A DNA stretch of 41,260 bases from Vicugna vicugna (Eukaryota), in assembly GCA_013265495.1 (NCBI GenBank), contig MU058781.1, positions 6,060,118-6,101,377 of the forward strand, in the 5' to 3' direction. The notes under the pieces are model-generated. The model saw only the letters and a list, made by a program, of their open reading frames with translations, did no database searches and was not told the origin of the DNA. A program made the translations under genes and the position numbers. Positions 23,530 to 34,965 of this stretch are shown here, in pieces (position 1 is the stretch's first letter; the number at the start of each line of letters is the position of its first letter).

Positions 23530-24285
23530 TGTGATATTATGAATTATAATAGGAACTATATATATTTGGTCTTCGCCCTGTTCCTGGCACAGAGTTTCTA
23601 AAACCCTTGGAATTTCTTAAGAGATGGGAGTCATGAAAGTGTCTTTTGTTTGTTAATTTGGTGACTCTTGAAAAGCCCAAGGTAACCTAGGATGGGGCTG
23701 GTTTCCTAGGGAACCAGCCAAATGGTTAGAAATTTCAGTCCCACCCCCAGACCTCTGGGAGGGGGACAATGGCCAATGATTTAATCAATCATGCCTAAGT
23801 AATGAAGCCTCCTTAAAACCCCCAAAGGATGGGGTTTAGAGAGTTTCCATGTTGGTGAACAACATGGAGGTGCTTGGAGTGTGACACACTGTGAGAGGGC
23901 CTGGAAGCTCTGAGCCCCTTTCCAGATTTTGCCCTCTTCCACCTGGCTGTAAATGAGTTATATCCTTCTATAATAAACTGGAAATCTAGTAAGTAAAATA
24001 TTTCTCTGAGTTCTGAGAGCAACTCTAGCAAATTAACCACACCCAGGAAGGGGTTGTTGGAACTTCTGATATGTAGCCAGTTGGTCAGAAGCTCAGGTGA
24101 CAATATGGACTTGCAACTGGCATCTAAGTGGGAAGGGGGGCAGTCTTGTAGGACTGAGCCCTTCCCTGTGAGATCTGATACTTTCTCCAGGTAGACAGTG
24201 TCAGAATTGAATTGAGCTGAATAGTAGGACACCCAGCTGGTGTCAGAGAATTGCCTGGTGATGTGGAAAAACACACACACATTGG
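23530..24285 (+). mobile_element. MER21-like ERV solo LTR nested in L1, flanked by AAAGAC duplication
   Basis: Starts 'tgtgatattatga'. Contains 'ttcctggcacagag...aaaacccttggaatttc', 'ggccaatgatttaatcaatcatgcc', AATAAA at ~23972 and 'gtaggacacccagctggtgtc'. AAAGAC at 23524-29 and 24286-91 rejoins the L1 motif 'tggattaaagacttaaa'. Confidence 0.85.
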
Positions 24286-24575
24286 AAAGACTTAAAAGTA
24301 AGAACTGAAACTGTAAAATTTCTAAAAGAATATATTGGAAGAAAGCTCCTTGATCTTGGTCTTGGCAATTATTTTTTGGATATGACACCAAAAGCACAAA
24401 CAGCAAAAACAAAACTTAAATGGGACTATATCAAACTAAAAAGCTTCTGCACAGCAAAAGAAACAATCAACAAAATCAAATGGCAACCTACGGAATAGAA
24501 AAAAATTTCTGCAAATCATATGCCTGATAAGGGGTTAATATCCAAATTATATAAAGAACTCATACAACTAAATAG

Positions 24576-24600
24576 CAAACAAACAAACAAACAAACAAAA
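24576..24600 (+). repeat. (CAAA)n microsatellite within L1
   Basis: Read directly. Confidence 0.9.
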
Positions 24601-26339
24601 AACACTGATTTAAACTGGACAGAGAAACTGAACAGACATTTTTCCAAAGAAGACATACAGATGGTTAATATTTGAAGAGGTGTTCAACATCACTAATCAT
24701 GATGGAAATGCAAATCAAAACCACACTGAGATATCACCTCATACCTATTAGAATGACTACCATCAATAACACAAGAGTTAAGTGTCAGTGGATGTGGAGA
24801 AATGTGCACTATTGGTGGGAATGTAAATTGGTACAGTAACTATAGAAATCAGTATTAAGAGTCCCCAAAAAGTTAAAAATGGAACTACTATATGATCCAG
24901 CAATCAACTTACAGGTATATATTAAAAGGAAATAACCATAAGATACTGAAGACATTATCTGTGCTCCTATGTTCATTGTGGCATTTGTATATAAAATGGA
25001 ATATTATTCAGCCATAAGAAGGAAGGAAATTTTGCTGTTGGTGACATGAATGGACCTTCAGGGCATTATGCTAAGTGAAATAAGTCAGGCAAAGTAAGAA
25101 AAATACCATATAATATCACTTATATATGGAATTTAAGAGACAAACTCACAGAACCAGAGATTAGAATGTTGGTTACCAGGGTCTGGGTGGGTGGGGGAAA
25201 GGGGGAGACATTGGTCAGAGTACAAACTTGCAGTTATAAGATGAGTAAGTTCTGGGGATCTAATGCACAGCATAGTGATTATAGTTAACAGAACTGTATT
25301 ATATACTTGAAAGTGGCTAAGAGAGGAGATTGTAAATGTTCTCACCACAAAAAAAGAAATGGTAATTATGTGACATGGAAGTGTTAGCTATGGTGGTAAT
25401 CATTTTGCAATATATGAGTATATTAAATCAACATGTTGTACACCTTAAACTTACACAATGTTATATGTAAATAATATCTCAATAAACCTGGGACTGGGGG
25501 AAAGAAAAGCCACTGTTTACTTGAGTGGGTTCTCTCACAGCAATACAGCCCTGTCTCCAACTTTTCTAGAATTCTGTCTTGCTTCCATAACGCTGGGAAA
25601 GTGGATTGGAGTCCCCTGCTGTTTGTGTCAAATAGCAATTCTCTTATGTTGCTCTATTATAAGTGCTGCTCAGACATTTTAAGTCAAAACTGTGAAATAT
25701 CCCTTCTTGCCATCCCATTATCCATTCTATTGCTAGATTTAAGACTTGTTAATAATCCCATATGTGACCTTGGTTAGAAGATTCTTTTTTTAACCAGGGC
25801 AAAAACCAATTGAGTGATCTCTTCATGTAGGGTGTGCCAGTACTTGAACATCCTACATACTTTTTAAAGAGCTCTATTATTTGATTTCAAAATATTCTGT
25901 AACAGGATGGAATATATTTTCTCCAGAATTTAACTTTATGCTCATTTTATCTATCATGGGCTCTGAGACATGTATTAGAATGACTGAATTAACGTCAATC
26001 AAAGTTTTACCTTGAGTGGTGTCAATCAAAATTGAGAATTTGTCAGCTTTCTTAATGTGATCATTAGTAATATCTTTTAATCAACTTGTTGATAATTTCA
26101 TTAGCTGAACTTCTGGTTTAAAAATGAGAATAATACCAATGGTGTTTCTTCCTTCTCTACTTTCAGATTTGTGGACTCAAATTAATGAAGCTTTTATTTT
26201 ATAGATACTGGTGTACATACTTATATATTATATGTTTTTTGAATTGAGAGATATTTTTATATTTGTTTCCACCCCCAACAAACCATTCCCAATATAATAA
26301 CTGTTTGTGGAATTGAATAAATATGATTTTTTGAAAACT

Positions 26340-27560
26340 ATAGCATGCAATAATAGGGATAAAATATTCAATAGAAGACTCAAAGGTAAATTTAAGGAAA
26401 TCACTCAGAAAGTACAAAAAAAAGACATGGATGTGGAAAAATAGAAGAGAAAAGAAAATTTGAGACCCAAATAGATTAATAACAGTTCTAGTGGGAGAGA
26501 AAAATACAAAAATGAAAGGGAGTTATTATCAAATAAATTGTAAAAGAAAATTTAAAGAGATTTAAGGAGTCCACTGAGGGCTAAACTGAATGAAAAAAAA
26601 ACTCACATCAGCTCACATAATTGTGAAATTTCAGAACCTGGAATAAAGAGGAAGCATAAATGCTGCTAGGGGAAAAAGAAAACCAAAGACCAGTGATGAG
26701 TTACCATATGGAGCTGGGGCTTTGAACCGCAAAACAGGTAGCTGTAAAACAACAAAGTGGTCTTTCGAAAATGCTGTGAAGAAATTAATCCAGCCTAGAA
26801 TCCTGTACAACAAAATTATTATTAATCAAATATTAGAAGAAAATAAAAGCATTTTGGGACATTCAAGTTCTCAAAAGTCTCAACTTATCCTTTCTCATGA
26901 AGCAACAGGAAGATGTGCTCCATCCAAGCAAGAGGGTAAACCATTAAAGAGGAAGACAGTAGATCCAGGATCACAGGGACTTTTTAGTGCTGTGATAAAG
27001 AGAAGGTCCGGGATGAAAGCTACATATCAGGCCCAGGGGCTCAAGAGTTCAGATGAAGTCAGAAGGCTAGAGAATTCCAGGAGAGATACTGACAAGAAAA
27101 AAATAGAATGGATACAATTCCCTATGGTTTGCTCATACTAAGATGATTTATTTTACATCTATATAGGAATGCTTTGAGAAAAAAAAAATCATGGTATACA
27201 GAAAAGCATGTGAAAACACCAAGGCAATTATAAACCCCAGGGGAAAAAGAACCCAAATTTGTGTAAGAAAGTAAATATATTTATACCACATTTTGTTTCT
27301 CAGTTTGAACAATTTTAACATAATCATAATAACTACTGTTGGGAACATGAAGGAAGAGAAATTATGTATGTGTGCATGTATAAAAGAGAGTACAAGAGAG
27401 CTAAACTTTTATCCTCATAAAAGAAAGATGTGAAATAGTAGTTAAATTTTTAAAACCATAAAATAGTAGTATAAGCCTATTATTTGAAAATACTGAGGTA
27501 TATATAAAAAGAAACAGAAGAGGTTGAAGTGCTCATCTTCTCAGGCGAGCAGAACTCACA
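26340..27560 (+). mobile_element. HAL1 (half-L1) relic
   Basis: ORF1-like segments 'cacataattgtgaaatttcagaac' and 'atccagcctagaatcctgtac' (ORF 26722: IQPRILY), followed by HAL1-type 'ggaagatgtgctccatccaagcaagagggtaaacc' with no ORF2. Confidence 0.65.
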
Positions 27561-27731
27561 GGCAGAGAATAGTGGAGCTGAGCATAAAAGTTAAGTTAAA
27601 AATTGCATCATTATTTTCCCAAATTCATGCAACTATATTAACATAACATAATAATATAATATAGATTGATAGTTTGAATGGGCTCCTAAGTTACAACTCT
27701 CAATAACAGAAATATCTGAAACTAGTATCTT

Positions 27732-28883
27732 TTTTTTAATTGAATTAGTCAGTTTACAATGTTGTGTCAATTTCCAGTGTACAGCATAAAACACATATAT
27801 ATATATTCCTTTTCATATTCTTTCTTATTATAGGTTACTACAATTGAATAGTTCCCTGTGCTACACAGTATAAACTTTTTGTTTATTTTACATATAGTAG
27901 TTACTATCTGTAAATCTCAAACTCTCATTTTATCCCTTCCCACCCCCTTACCTCCCTGCTAACTATGAGTTTGCTTTCTATGTCTGTGAGTCTGTTTCTG
28001 CTTTGTAAATAAGTTCATGTGTGTCTTTTTTTTTTTAGATTCCATACGTAAGTGATATCACATGCTATTTTTCTTTCTCTTTCTGGCTTATGTCATTTAG
28101 AATGATGATCTCCAGATCCATCCATGTTGATGCAAATGGCAATATTTTATTATTTTTTATGGCTGAGTAGTATTCCATAGTATAAATATACCACAGCTTC
28201 TTTATCTAGTTATCTGTTGATGGACATTTAGGTTTTTTCCATGTTTTGGCTCCTATAAATAGTGCTGCTATAAACATTGAGGTGTATATATCTTTTCAAA
28301 TTAGAGTTCCCTCTGGATATATACCCAGACATTGGATTGCTGGATCATATGGTAAATCTATTTTTAGTTTTTAGAGGAATCTCCATACTGTTTTCCATAA
28401 TGGTTGCACCAAACTACATTCCTACCAGCAGTATAAGAGGTAGGAACGTAGTTTCTCCACACCCTCTCCAGCAGTTTTTGTCTGTGGACTTCTGAATGCC
28501 AGCCATTCTGACTGGTTTGAGGAGATACCTCATTGTAGTTTTGATTTGCATTTCTCTCATAATTAGTGATATTGAGCACTTTTTCATGTGCCTATTGGTC
28601 ATTCGTATGTCTTCACTGGAGAATTGCTTGTTCAGGTCTTCTGCCCATTTATGGACTGTGTTTTTTGTTTTGTTTTGTTTTGTTATTAAGTTGTATGAGC
28701 TGTTTGCATATTCTGGAAATTAAGCCCTTGTCAGTCGCATCATTTGCAAATATTTTCTCCCATTCTGTAGGCTGTCTTTTTGTTTTGCTTATGGCTTCCT
28801 TTGCTGTGCAAAAGCTTGTAAGTTTAATTAGGTCCCATTTGTTTATTTTTGCTTTTATTTATATTGCCTGGGTAGACTGCCCT
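27732..28883 (-). mobile_element. Lineage-specific 5'-truncated L1 with ~15-bp TSD
   Basis: Poly(T), then the reverse cetartiodactyl L1 tail 'tttacaatgttgtgtcaatttc...gttccctgtgctacacagta'. The ORF2 C-terminal relic reads [21 protein letters not shown] (ORF 28414-28602). Flanks TGAAACTAGTATCTT (27717-31) and TGAAACTAGCAGCTT (28884-98) match 13/15. Confidence 0.92.
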
Positions 28884-29549
28884 TGAAACTAGCAGCTTAA
28901 GTCTATCAACCGATACACTTTAAAATTTATTTGCTATTTATTATTCTTTCCTATTTTCAAAAATAATTGAGAAACTTTAAACATAAAAAAGCCATTTTGA
29001 AATACAAAGTAGCTAAGTAAGACACAGAAGCCAAGTTAGGACTATTGAGCATTAAATTGTGCTCCTAGCTACTCACAAAATTGTAATTATTTATTTTTTA
29101 ACTTGAGGGAAAAAACCACAATGAGTAGGATGGGAAGACAAATTTTTCCTGGCATTAAAGTCTTGAAAGTATGTAAGATATAGATCATTATAGAAGGAAC
29201 ACTAACCTTCACATGAAACTGGGACCCCAAACCAGCCATTCAATAATCTTTTTAAAATATTTCCTTGTCACCCCATTCTACATGATCATCTTTAATTTAG
29301 ACCAATTTGATGGCCTCCTAATTGGATTTAATTTATTGATTTAGGAAATACTTAAAGATAGTGAAGATCTAACAAGAGATTGAGAAAGATTCAGACCAAG
29401 TCCAGAAGGCAAGAACTCAAAGACAGAGAGAGGTGAGCCTAAGAATCAAAGATATTTCAGCTCTGAAGGCAGGTGCTGATCCAAAAAGGTAGGTGCGGAT
29501 TTTGTTTTGTAAAAGTTTCACTTACACATGTAAGTATATAATTAATATT

Positions 29550-30740
29550 TACAACAAAACTAACACATATATTGGGAGGGGGATAAATAAAACTAAAGTG
29601 TTACAAGATTCTTGTACTCCTTAGAGGATAGTGAATTGTATTAATTAATATTTGAATTTGATATATTATAGGTTCTTCATATAATTTCTAGGAAAACCAT
29701 TAAAATACTAGAAACTAATAGCAGAGAGGAACATGGAATAATAAAAGATCCCATCAGTCCAAAAGTAAGCAAGGAGAGAGAAAATAAAACATAAAATAGG
29801 CGAGAAAGAACATAGTAAGATGATAGATTTAGACTCAGACCTGATTTAATCAGACCCGATCTCTATATATGAGTGATTACATTAAATGTAAATGGACTAA
29901 ATGCATCAATTAATGCACTAAAAATTGTCAGGATGAAAAACAAAATCCAAGGCTATAATATTTACATAAGAAACATACAAAATATAAAGGTATAAAAATA
30001 TGGAAAAGGTATTACACAAGCATTAACCAAAAGAAGGGTGTTACAAACATTAACAATATCATGTCAGATAGAGTAGACTGAAAATCATCACAAGATATAT
30101 AGAGCTTTAGTTACTTAGAAAAATTTAATAATTTTAACACCCTAAAAAAATTTTTGAAACCTGTGCCATAGAATATATATGTAATATCATTTGCAGATCC
30201 ATTGTTCTTATTGTTCTAAACCTAAGCCAAGTCAAATGTCCATCAAAAGTAGAATGGCTAAACTACAGTGTATTTATACAATAAAATACTACACACAAGT
30301 GAAAAGGAATAAGCTGAGGCTACACACTGTGATATGTACAAATCTTAAAAACACAATGTTGAATGAAAGAAGCAAAACATGAAGGAATCATACATTTTCT
30401 GTTTATAAAAGTTCTATTATATTCTTACTCTGTTTATAAAAGTTCAACAAGTAAATATAAATTATATTATCCAGATAGATAGATAGATAGATAGATAGAT
30501 AGTAAAATTATAAAGAAAAGCAAGAAAATGACTACCTTAAGATTAGAATAATTGCTACTTCTGGGATGAGAGACAAAGTATGACCAGAAAAAGGCATGTG
30601 GCAGGTTTCTGAGCTATGACAATGTTCTATTTCCTGACCTGGCTGATAGCTGGATTAGAATTCACTTTATAATCATTTTACTGTGTAGTCATGTTTTATT
30701 CATTTTTTGGTATTGATTTTATATTTCTCAATTAATAAAA
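29550..30740 (+). mobile_element. Very old L1ME-like fragments (inter-ORF/ORF2 start joined to 3' end)
   Basis: 'gattacattaaatgtaaatggactaaat' (ITLNVNGLN) at ~29876. 3' end motifs 'caaatgtccatcaaaagtagaatgg', 'aatgttgaatgaaagaagc' and 'aatgttctatttcctgacctgg'. Confidence 0.75.
30473..30502 (+). repeat. (AGAT)7 microsatellite
   Basis: Read directly. Confidence 0.95.
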
Positions 30741-31020
30741 ATTATAATTCTCAAAACTGGCTGTATTTCTCTTGACTGTATTCTTCTTTTCATTTAGCTG
30801 TCAGCGATCTAATCTTTTTTTATGGTCCTCATGAATTCTCCATTCCTCTTTGCTTCCAGACAAGAGTTAGATGTTTCATTTTTGAAACACAAATCATCTG
30901 GTAAATGTGTCTGCTGAAGCATTTACCCCAGGGTATTATTATCTGCTTACACATTATGTGTGTGCAAGCACATACATGTACACAGACATATGCATACACA
31001 CACATATATTCACTTAGATA

Positions 31021-31168
31021 TGTGCTGTCCAGTATGAGAGCCATTGAACACATGTGTTCCTGAGCACTTTAAATACACTAGTCAAAATTGAGATGTGCTG
31101 TAAATTAAAATAGACACTGGATTTTGAAGGCCTAGTATGAAAAATAGACATAAAATACCTCAACACTA
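31021..31168 (-). mobile_element. MER33 DNA transposon, left part
   Basis: 'tgctgtccagtatg...gagcactttaaat...aattgagatgtgctgtaa...cactggattttgaaggcctagtatgaaaaa' is the reverse complement of the MER33 3' half. Confidence 0.8.
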
Positions 31169-31783
31169 TTTTTTTCATTTTTAAAAATGTTGGTAAGAAT
31201 GCTTACCATGAGATCTACCCCTTTAACAGATGAAGTGTACAATACAGTATTGTTAACTATAGGCACTTCATTGTTCAGCAGAGCTCCAGAAAGTATCATC
31301 TTGCAAAACTGAAATTTTAACTGTTGAACACTCATTTCCCTCTCCCCTCAGCCCCTAGCAACCAACATTCAACTATTTGCCTCTATCAGTTTGATTATTT
31401 TAGGACCTCATATAAGTGGAATAATGCAATATTTGTCCTTTGACTCACTGGTTTCATTTAGCATAATATCCTCCAGATTCATTCCTTTTGTCACACATGG
31501 CAGGATTCCTTTTTCTTAAAGTCTAAATAATATATCTTTGTGTGTAACATTTTCTTTATCTATTCATTTATTGATGTGCATTTATACTGTTTCCAACCCC
31601 TGGCTATTATGAATATTGCTGCAATGAACTCTTTGAAATTCTGATTTTGATTCTTTTGTATATATATCCAGAAGTGAGATTGCTGGACCATACGTTAATT
31701 CTACTTTTTATTTTTTGAAGACCCTCCATACTATTTTCCATAATGGCTGCTCTATTTTCCATTCCCACTAACAGTGTACAGGG
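31169..31783 (-). mobile_element. L1MA-type 3' end (non-inverted part of an inverted L1)
   Basis: T-rich tail, 'gtaagaatgcttaccatgagatctaccc...aagtgtacaatacagtattgttaactatagg', and 'ccctccatactattttccataatggctgc'. Confidence 0.88.
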
Positions 31784-32540
31784 GTGAAAGTAATTAAAGA
31801 AGACACAAATAAATGGAAAGACATCATATGTTCATGGATTGGAAGACTAAATATGGTTAAAATGTTCATACTACCTAAAGCAAACTAGATTCAATGCTAT
31901 CCTTATCAAAATTCCTATGGTATTTTTTTAAAGAAATAGAAAAAATAACCCTAAAATTGGACCACAAAAGAGTCCACATAACTGAAGCAATCATGAGACA
32001 GAAGAACAAAGCTGGATGCATTACACTTCCTGATTTCAAAATATATTACAAAGCTACAATAATTAAAACAGTATGGTACTGTCATTAAGACAGACATATA
32101 GACCAATGGAACACAATAGAGAGCCTAGAAATAAATTCATACACAACTGATTTTCGACAAAGATGCCAAGAATACACAATGAGAAGATAGTCTCTTCAAC
32201 AAATGTTGTTGGAAAACTGGATCCACATGCAAATGAATGAAATTGGATCCTTATCTTATACCATACACAAAATCAACTCAAACTGGATTAAAGACTTAAA
32301 CATGGGACCTAAAACTCCTAGAACAGAACAGAGGGAAAGTTTTTGACATTGATCATGGCAATTATTTCTTAACTATGACATGAAAAGCACAGGCAACAAA
32401 AGCAAAAATAGACAAGTGGGACTGCATCAAATTAAAAAGCATCTACAAAGCCAAGAAAATCATCAACACAATGAAGAGGCAACCTACAAAATGGTGCTCC
32501 CATTTTTGCAAAGCCTGCCTCTGTTAAGGGGTCAGTATCA
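31784..32540 (+). mobile_element. L1 ORF2 segment (inverted part)
   Basis: 'aaataaatggaaagacatc...catggattggaagactaaat'. ORF 31894-32088 contains [23 protein letters not shown]. Confidence 0.88.
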
Positions 32541-32710
32541 TTACTACATTTTTATATTGATTCAATGTTAATTATACTATTTGTGATATATTAGGTTAAG
32601 TAAAGTAAATCATTAAAATCTATTTTACCTGTTACTTTTGCTTTTTGTTAAATATGACCAGTAAAAAGTTTAAAATTATATATGTGGTTTTCAATATATT
32701 TTTATTGATT
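32541..32710 (-). mobile_element. MER33 DNA transposon, right part
   Basis: 'atttttatattgatt...atatattaggttaag...tttaaaattatatatgtgg...tatttttattg' continues MER33 where the left part stops. Confidence 0.75.
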
Positions 32711-32833
32711 CCTTGTCGTTTCAGTGCAGGACTGTATTTTATCCATTTCTTTATCTATACTTAACCTAGTATATTTTAGGTGATAAAAATGATTTTTTTA
32801 ATGAAGTAATGAGCAAGACGATTATTAGGATTG

Positions 32834-33020
32834 TTATTGGTCAGGATTTTATCTCACTGCATTTAACAGAAAAATTTCAAAATAACAGTGGTTTGAATAA
32901 TTTAGAACTTTATTTCCCATGATAAAAGTAGTTTCAGAAATAAGCAGGTGAGGACTATATGGTAACTCCAGAAATATGTGAGGGACATAGGCCCCTCCAG
33001 CTTTCTGCACCCTCATCTTT
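32834..33020 (-). mobile_element. Old MaLR LTR fragment (MLT1I/J-like)
   Basis: 'ttattggtcagga...taacagaaaaatttcaaaataacagtggtttgaataa...tttatttc...ggcccctccagctttctgc'. Confidence 0.5.
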
Positions 33021-34329
33021 GTTTTCAAACATGCTCATCAGATATAAAGTTGCAAATGATGCCAAAATAAACTACAAGTCAATATGTATTTACCTCCATT
33101 ATAATCCATCTTAAGAGAGAAAGCTTCTGTGGGAGGCTTACAGAGAGCGTCCTGATACATTGTTTTTGAAATATTTACACTTAAGAGGGAAATGTTTTAA
33201 CTTAGGTATCTAAAGGAGTGTGTAGTTAGCATGTCTTAAAGCCTCTCCTTCAAATATCAGATGTTTCAAGCGAGCTTTTGCCAAGGGCTGGATCAGAGGC
33301 AGGACTGAAATCTCCTAGGAGTGCCTGAAGAGCCTGTGGTTTTGTTGTTGATTAAAGAGAGAGCCATATGCTTTAGATAACAGGTGTGCAGGTGGCAAAG
33401 CCAACATTCTGTTGTGCAAATTTAGTATCCCGACTTGTACGCTAGCCCAGATGGGAGGGCTACCCTATTGGTGCACACAGTTGATAACAGGGTCTCTGTG
33501 CAAAGCCAGATTTTTATTCAAAAAAGAACTTTGAATCAATGCATGCACTTGAACAAGAATTTGGCTGAAAACCCTTGCCCTGAGAATGAATTTGAGTTTT
33601 GGACTGGGAAAGAGCAGGTGGAATAACCTGGCAGTTTCAACCACAAAATAACTTAAGCATAGTCTGAGTAGAAGAAATGAATTTTAGAAGGGTGGACCCT
33701 AAAGGGTTAGCTGCAAAGTATATTCTGAGATTCTGAATAAGTCAACCTTGAAGCTAAGGATGTTGTCTATTTGAACATTGGAGACTAAGATCTACAGTGA
33801 TTATAAATTTGTTTAGTAAATATGCGGTGGCCTAATAGCAAATTTCACTCACACTATGATTTGGACGTGTGGTAAAAATTCAGCTCTTCCTGTTTGTTCC
33901 TTTCTGGTTTTTCCCACAAGGCTCCTCCTGTCGAATCATCCTACCATAAAGCTTCTGGCCCAGCTGAAAAGGATGGAAATCGTATCTTCTCTACAACAAG
34001 AAATCTCTGAACTAGGTCCTTCAGCTTGGCCAGTGTCACACTAAAGGACAAAAAATAAAGAATTCGGAAAATCTTCTCTTAGAATAATAGCTTGGATTGC
34101 TTTACACTTGGCTGCATAATCCCTTTGAAGGACAAAAGCTGGATATTATTACAATATTTCTCATTGAGTCCTACTTGTAACATATTCTCCTATTTCTTTG
34201 GGTAGGTGGAGGCCATTTGTTTGTTGAGGCAAGTGAGAAAACTCATTGAACTTTTTAAAAGCATGGCCACCCCTTCAGCTAATCTCTACCTACAGATTCC
34301 GGCAGTTTTTTGTTGGCACAATCCCTGGC

Positions 34330-34460
34330 TGTCTAGTAGATGATAAGCCCTCAGGGAGCAGAGATCATGTTTGTTGTCTCCCACTATACACCAAGCTCCT
34401 AGGATACTACTTTAAGGACTCAGTAAGCAACCAGTAAATATTTTTTGAATGAACAAATAA
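34330..34460 (+). mobile_element. L2 3' terminus
   Basis: 'tagatgataagccctcagggagcagagatcatgt...cagtaaatattttttgaatgaacaaat'. Confidence 0.65.
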
Positions 34461-34734
34461 ACCATGAAAAATCTGGAATCTATACCCAGATGGAACAGAT
34501 TAACCCAAAGATGACTCATGTTCATCTCAATCCAAGAAAATTTGTCTTTTGTAATGTTGAGAAGAAAGTTGATGTAGACCATTGAAAAGATGAATAGTAA
34601 ACCAATGAGCCTCTAATTTGGGGCAGATGTGGAACATTCCAGGTTCAACTAGGGGTGGATTTCACTTTGAAAATATCCTGAATGAAGAACATCTCAGGAG
34701 AAAATTAGGGCAAATAATTTGGCAAAAAGTAGAG

Positions 34735-34965
34735 GTTATCAATAAATAGTATGGAACTAATAAACACACATACACACACAACACAAAATCTGAATACGAT
34801 CAGTGGATTGTGTCAATGTCAACATCCTGGTTGTGATATTACACTTTACTTTTACAAAATGTTACCATTGGGGGGAAACTGGGCAAAGTCACAATAAATC
34901 TCTATCCTGTCTTACGCTGCATGCAAACCTACAGTTATCTCAATAAAGTTCCAGTAAAAGCAAAA
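34735..34965 (+). mobile_element. L1MC-type 3' end fragment
   Basis: 'gtggattgtgtcaatgtcaacatcctggttgtgatatt...aaaatgttaccattgggggaaactggg...ctgcatgcaaacctacagttatctcaataaa'. Confidence 0.8.

Larger units (their letters stand above)
23420..25492 (+). mobile_element. 5'-truncated L1MA9-like LINE-1 (ORF2 C-terminus plus 3' UTR), interrupted by an LTR at 23530-24285
   Basis: 'aatggtgttgggagaactgg', 'aaactaaaaagcttctgcacagcaaaagaaacaatc' and 'gaaatgcaaatcaaaacca'. 3' end 'ggtggtaatcattttgcaat...caccttaaacttacacaatgttatatg...ctcaataaa'. Confidence 0.9.

Noticed and set aside
23813..24412. Longest ORF (199 aa, minus strand) as a gene
   Set aside because: It lies wholly antisense to the MER21-like LTR and the L1, crosses their junction, and shows no recognisable domain.
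26722..27141. 139-aa ORF as a domesticated L1TD1-like gene
   Set aside because: It is only a short ORF1-like patch within a frameshifted HAL1 relic, with no intact ORF.
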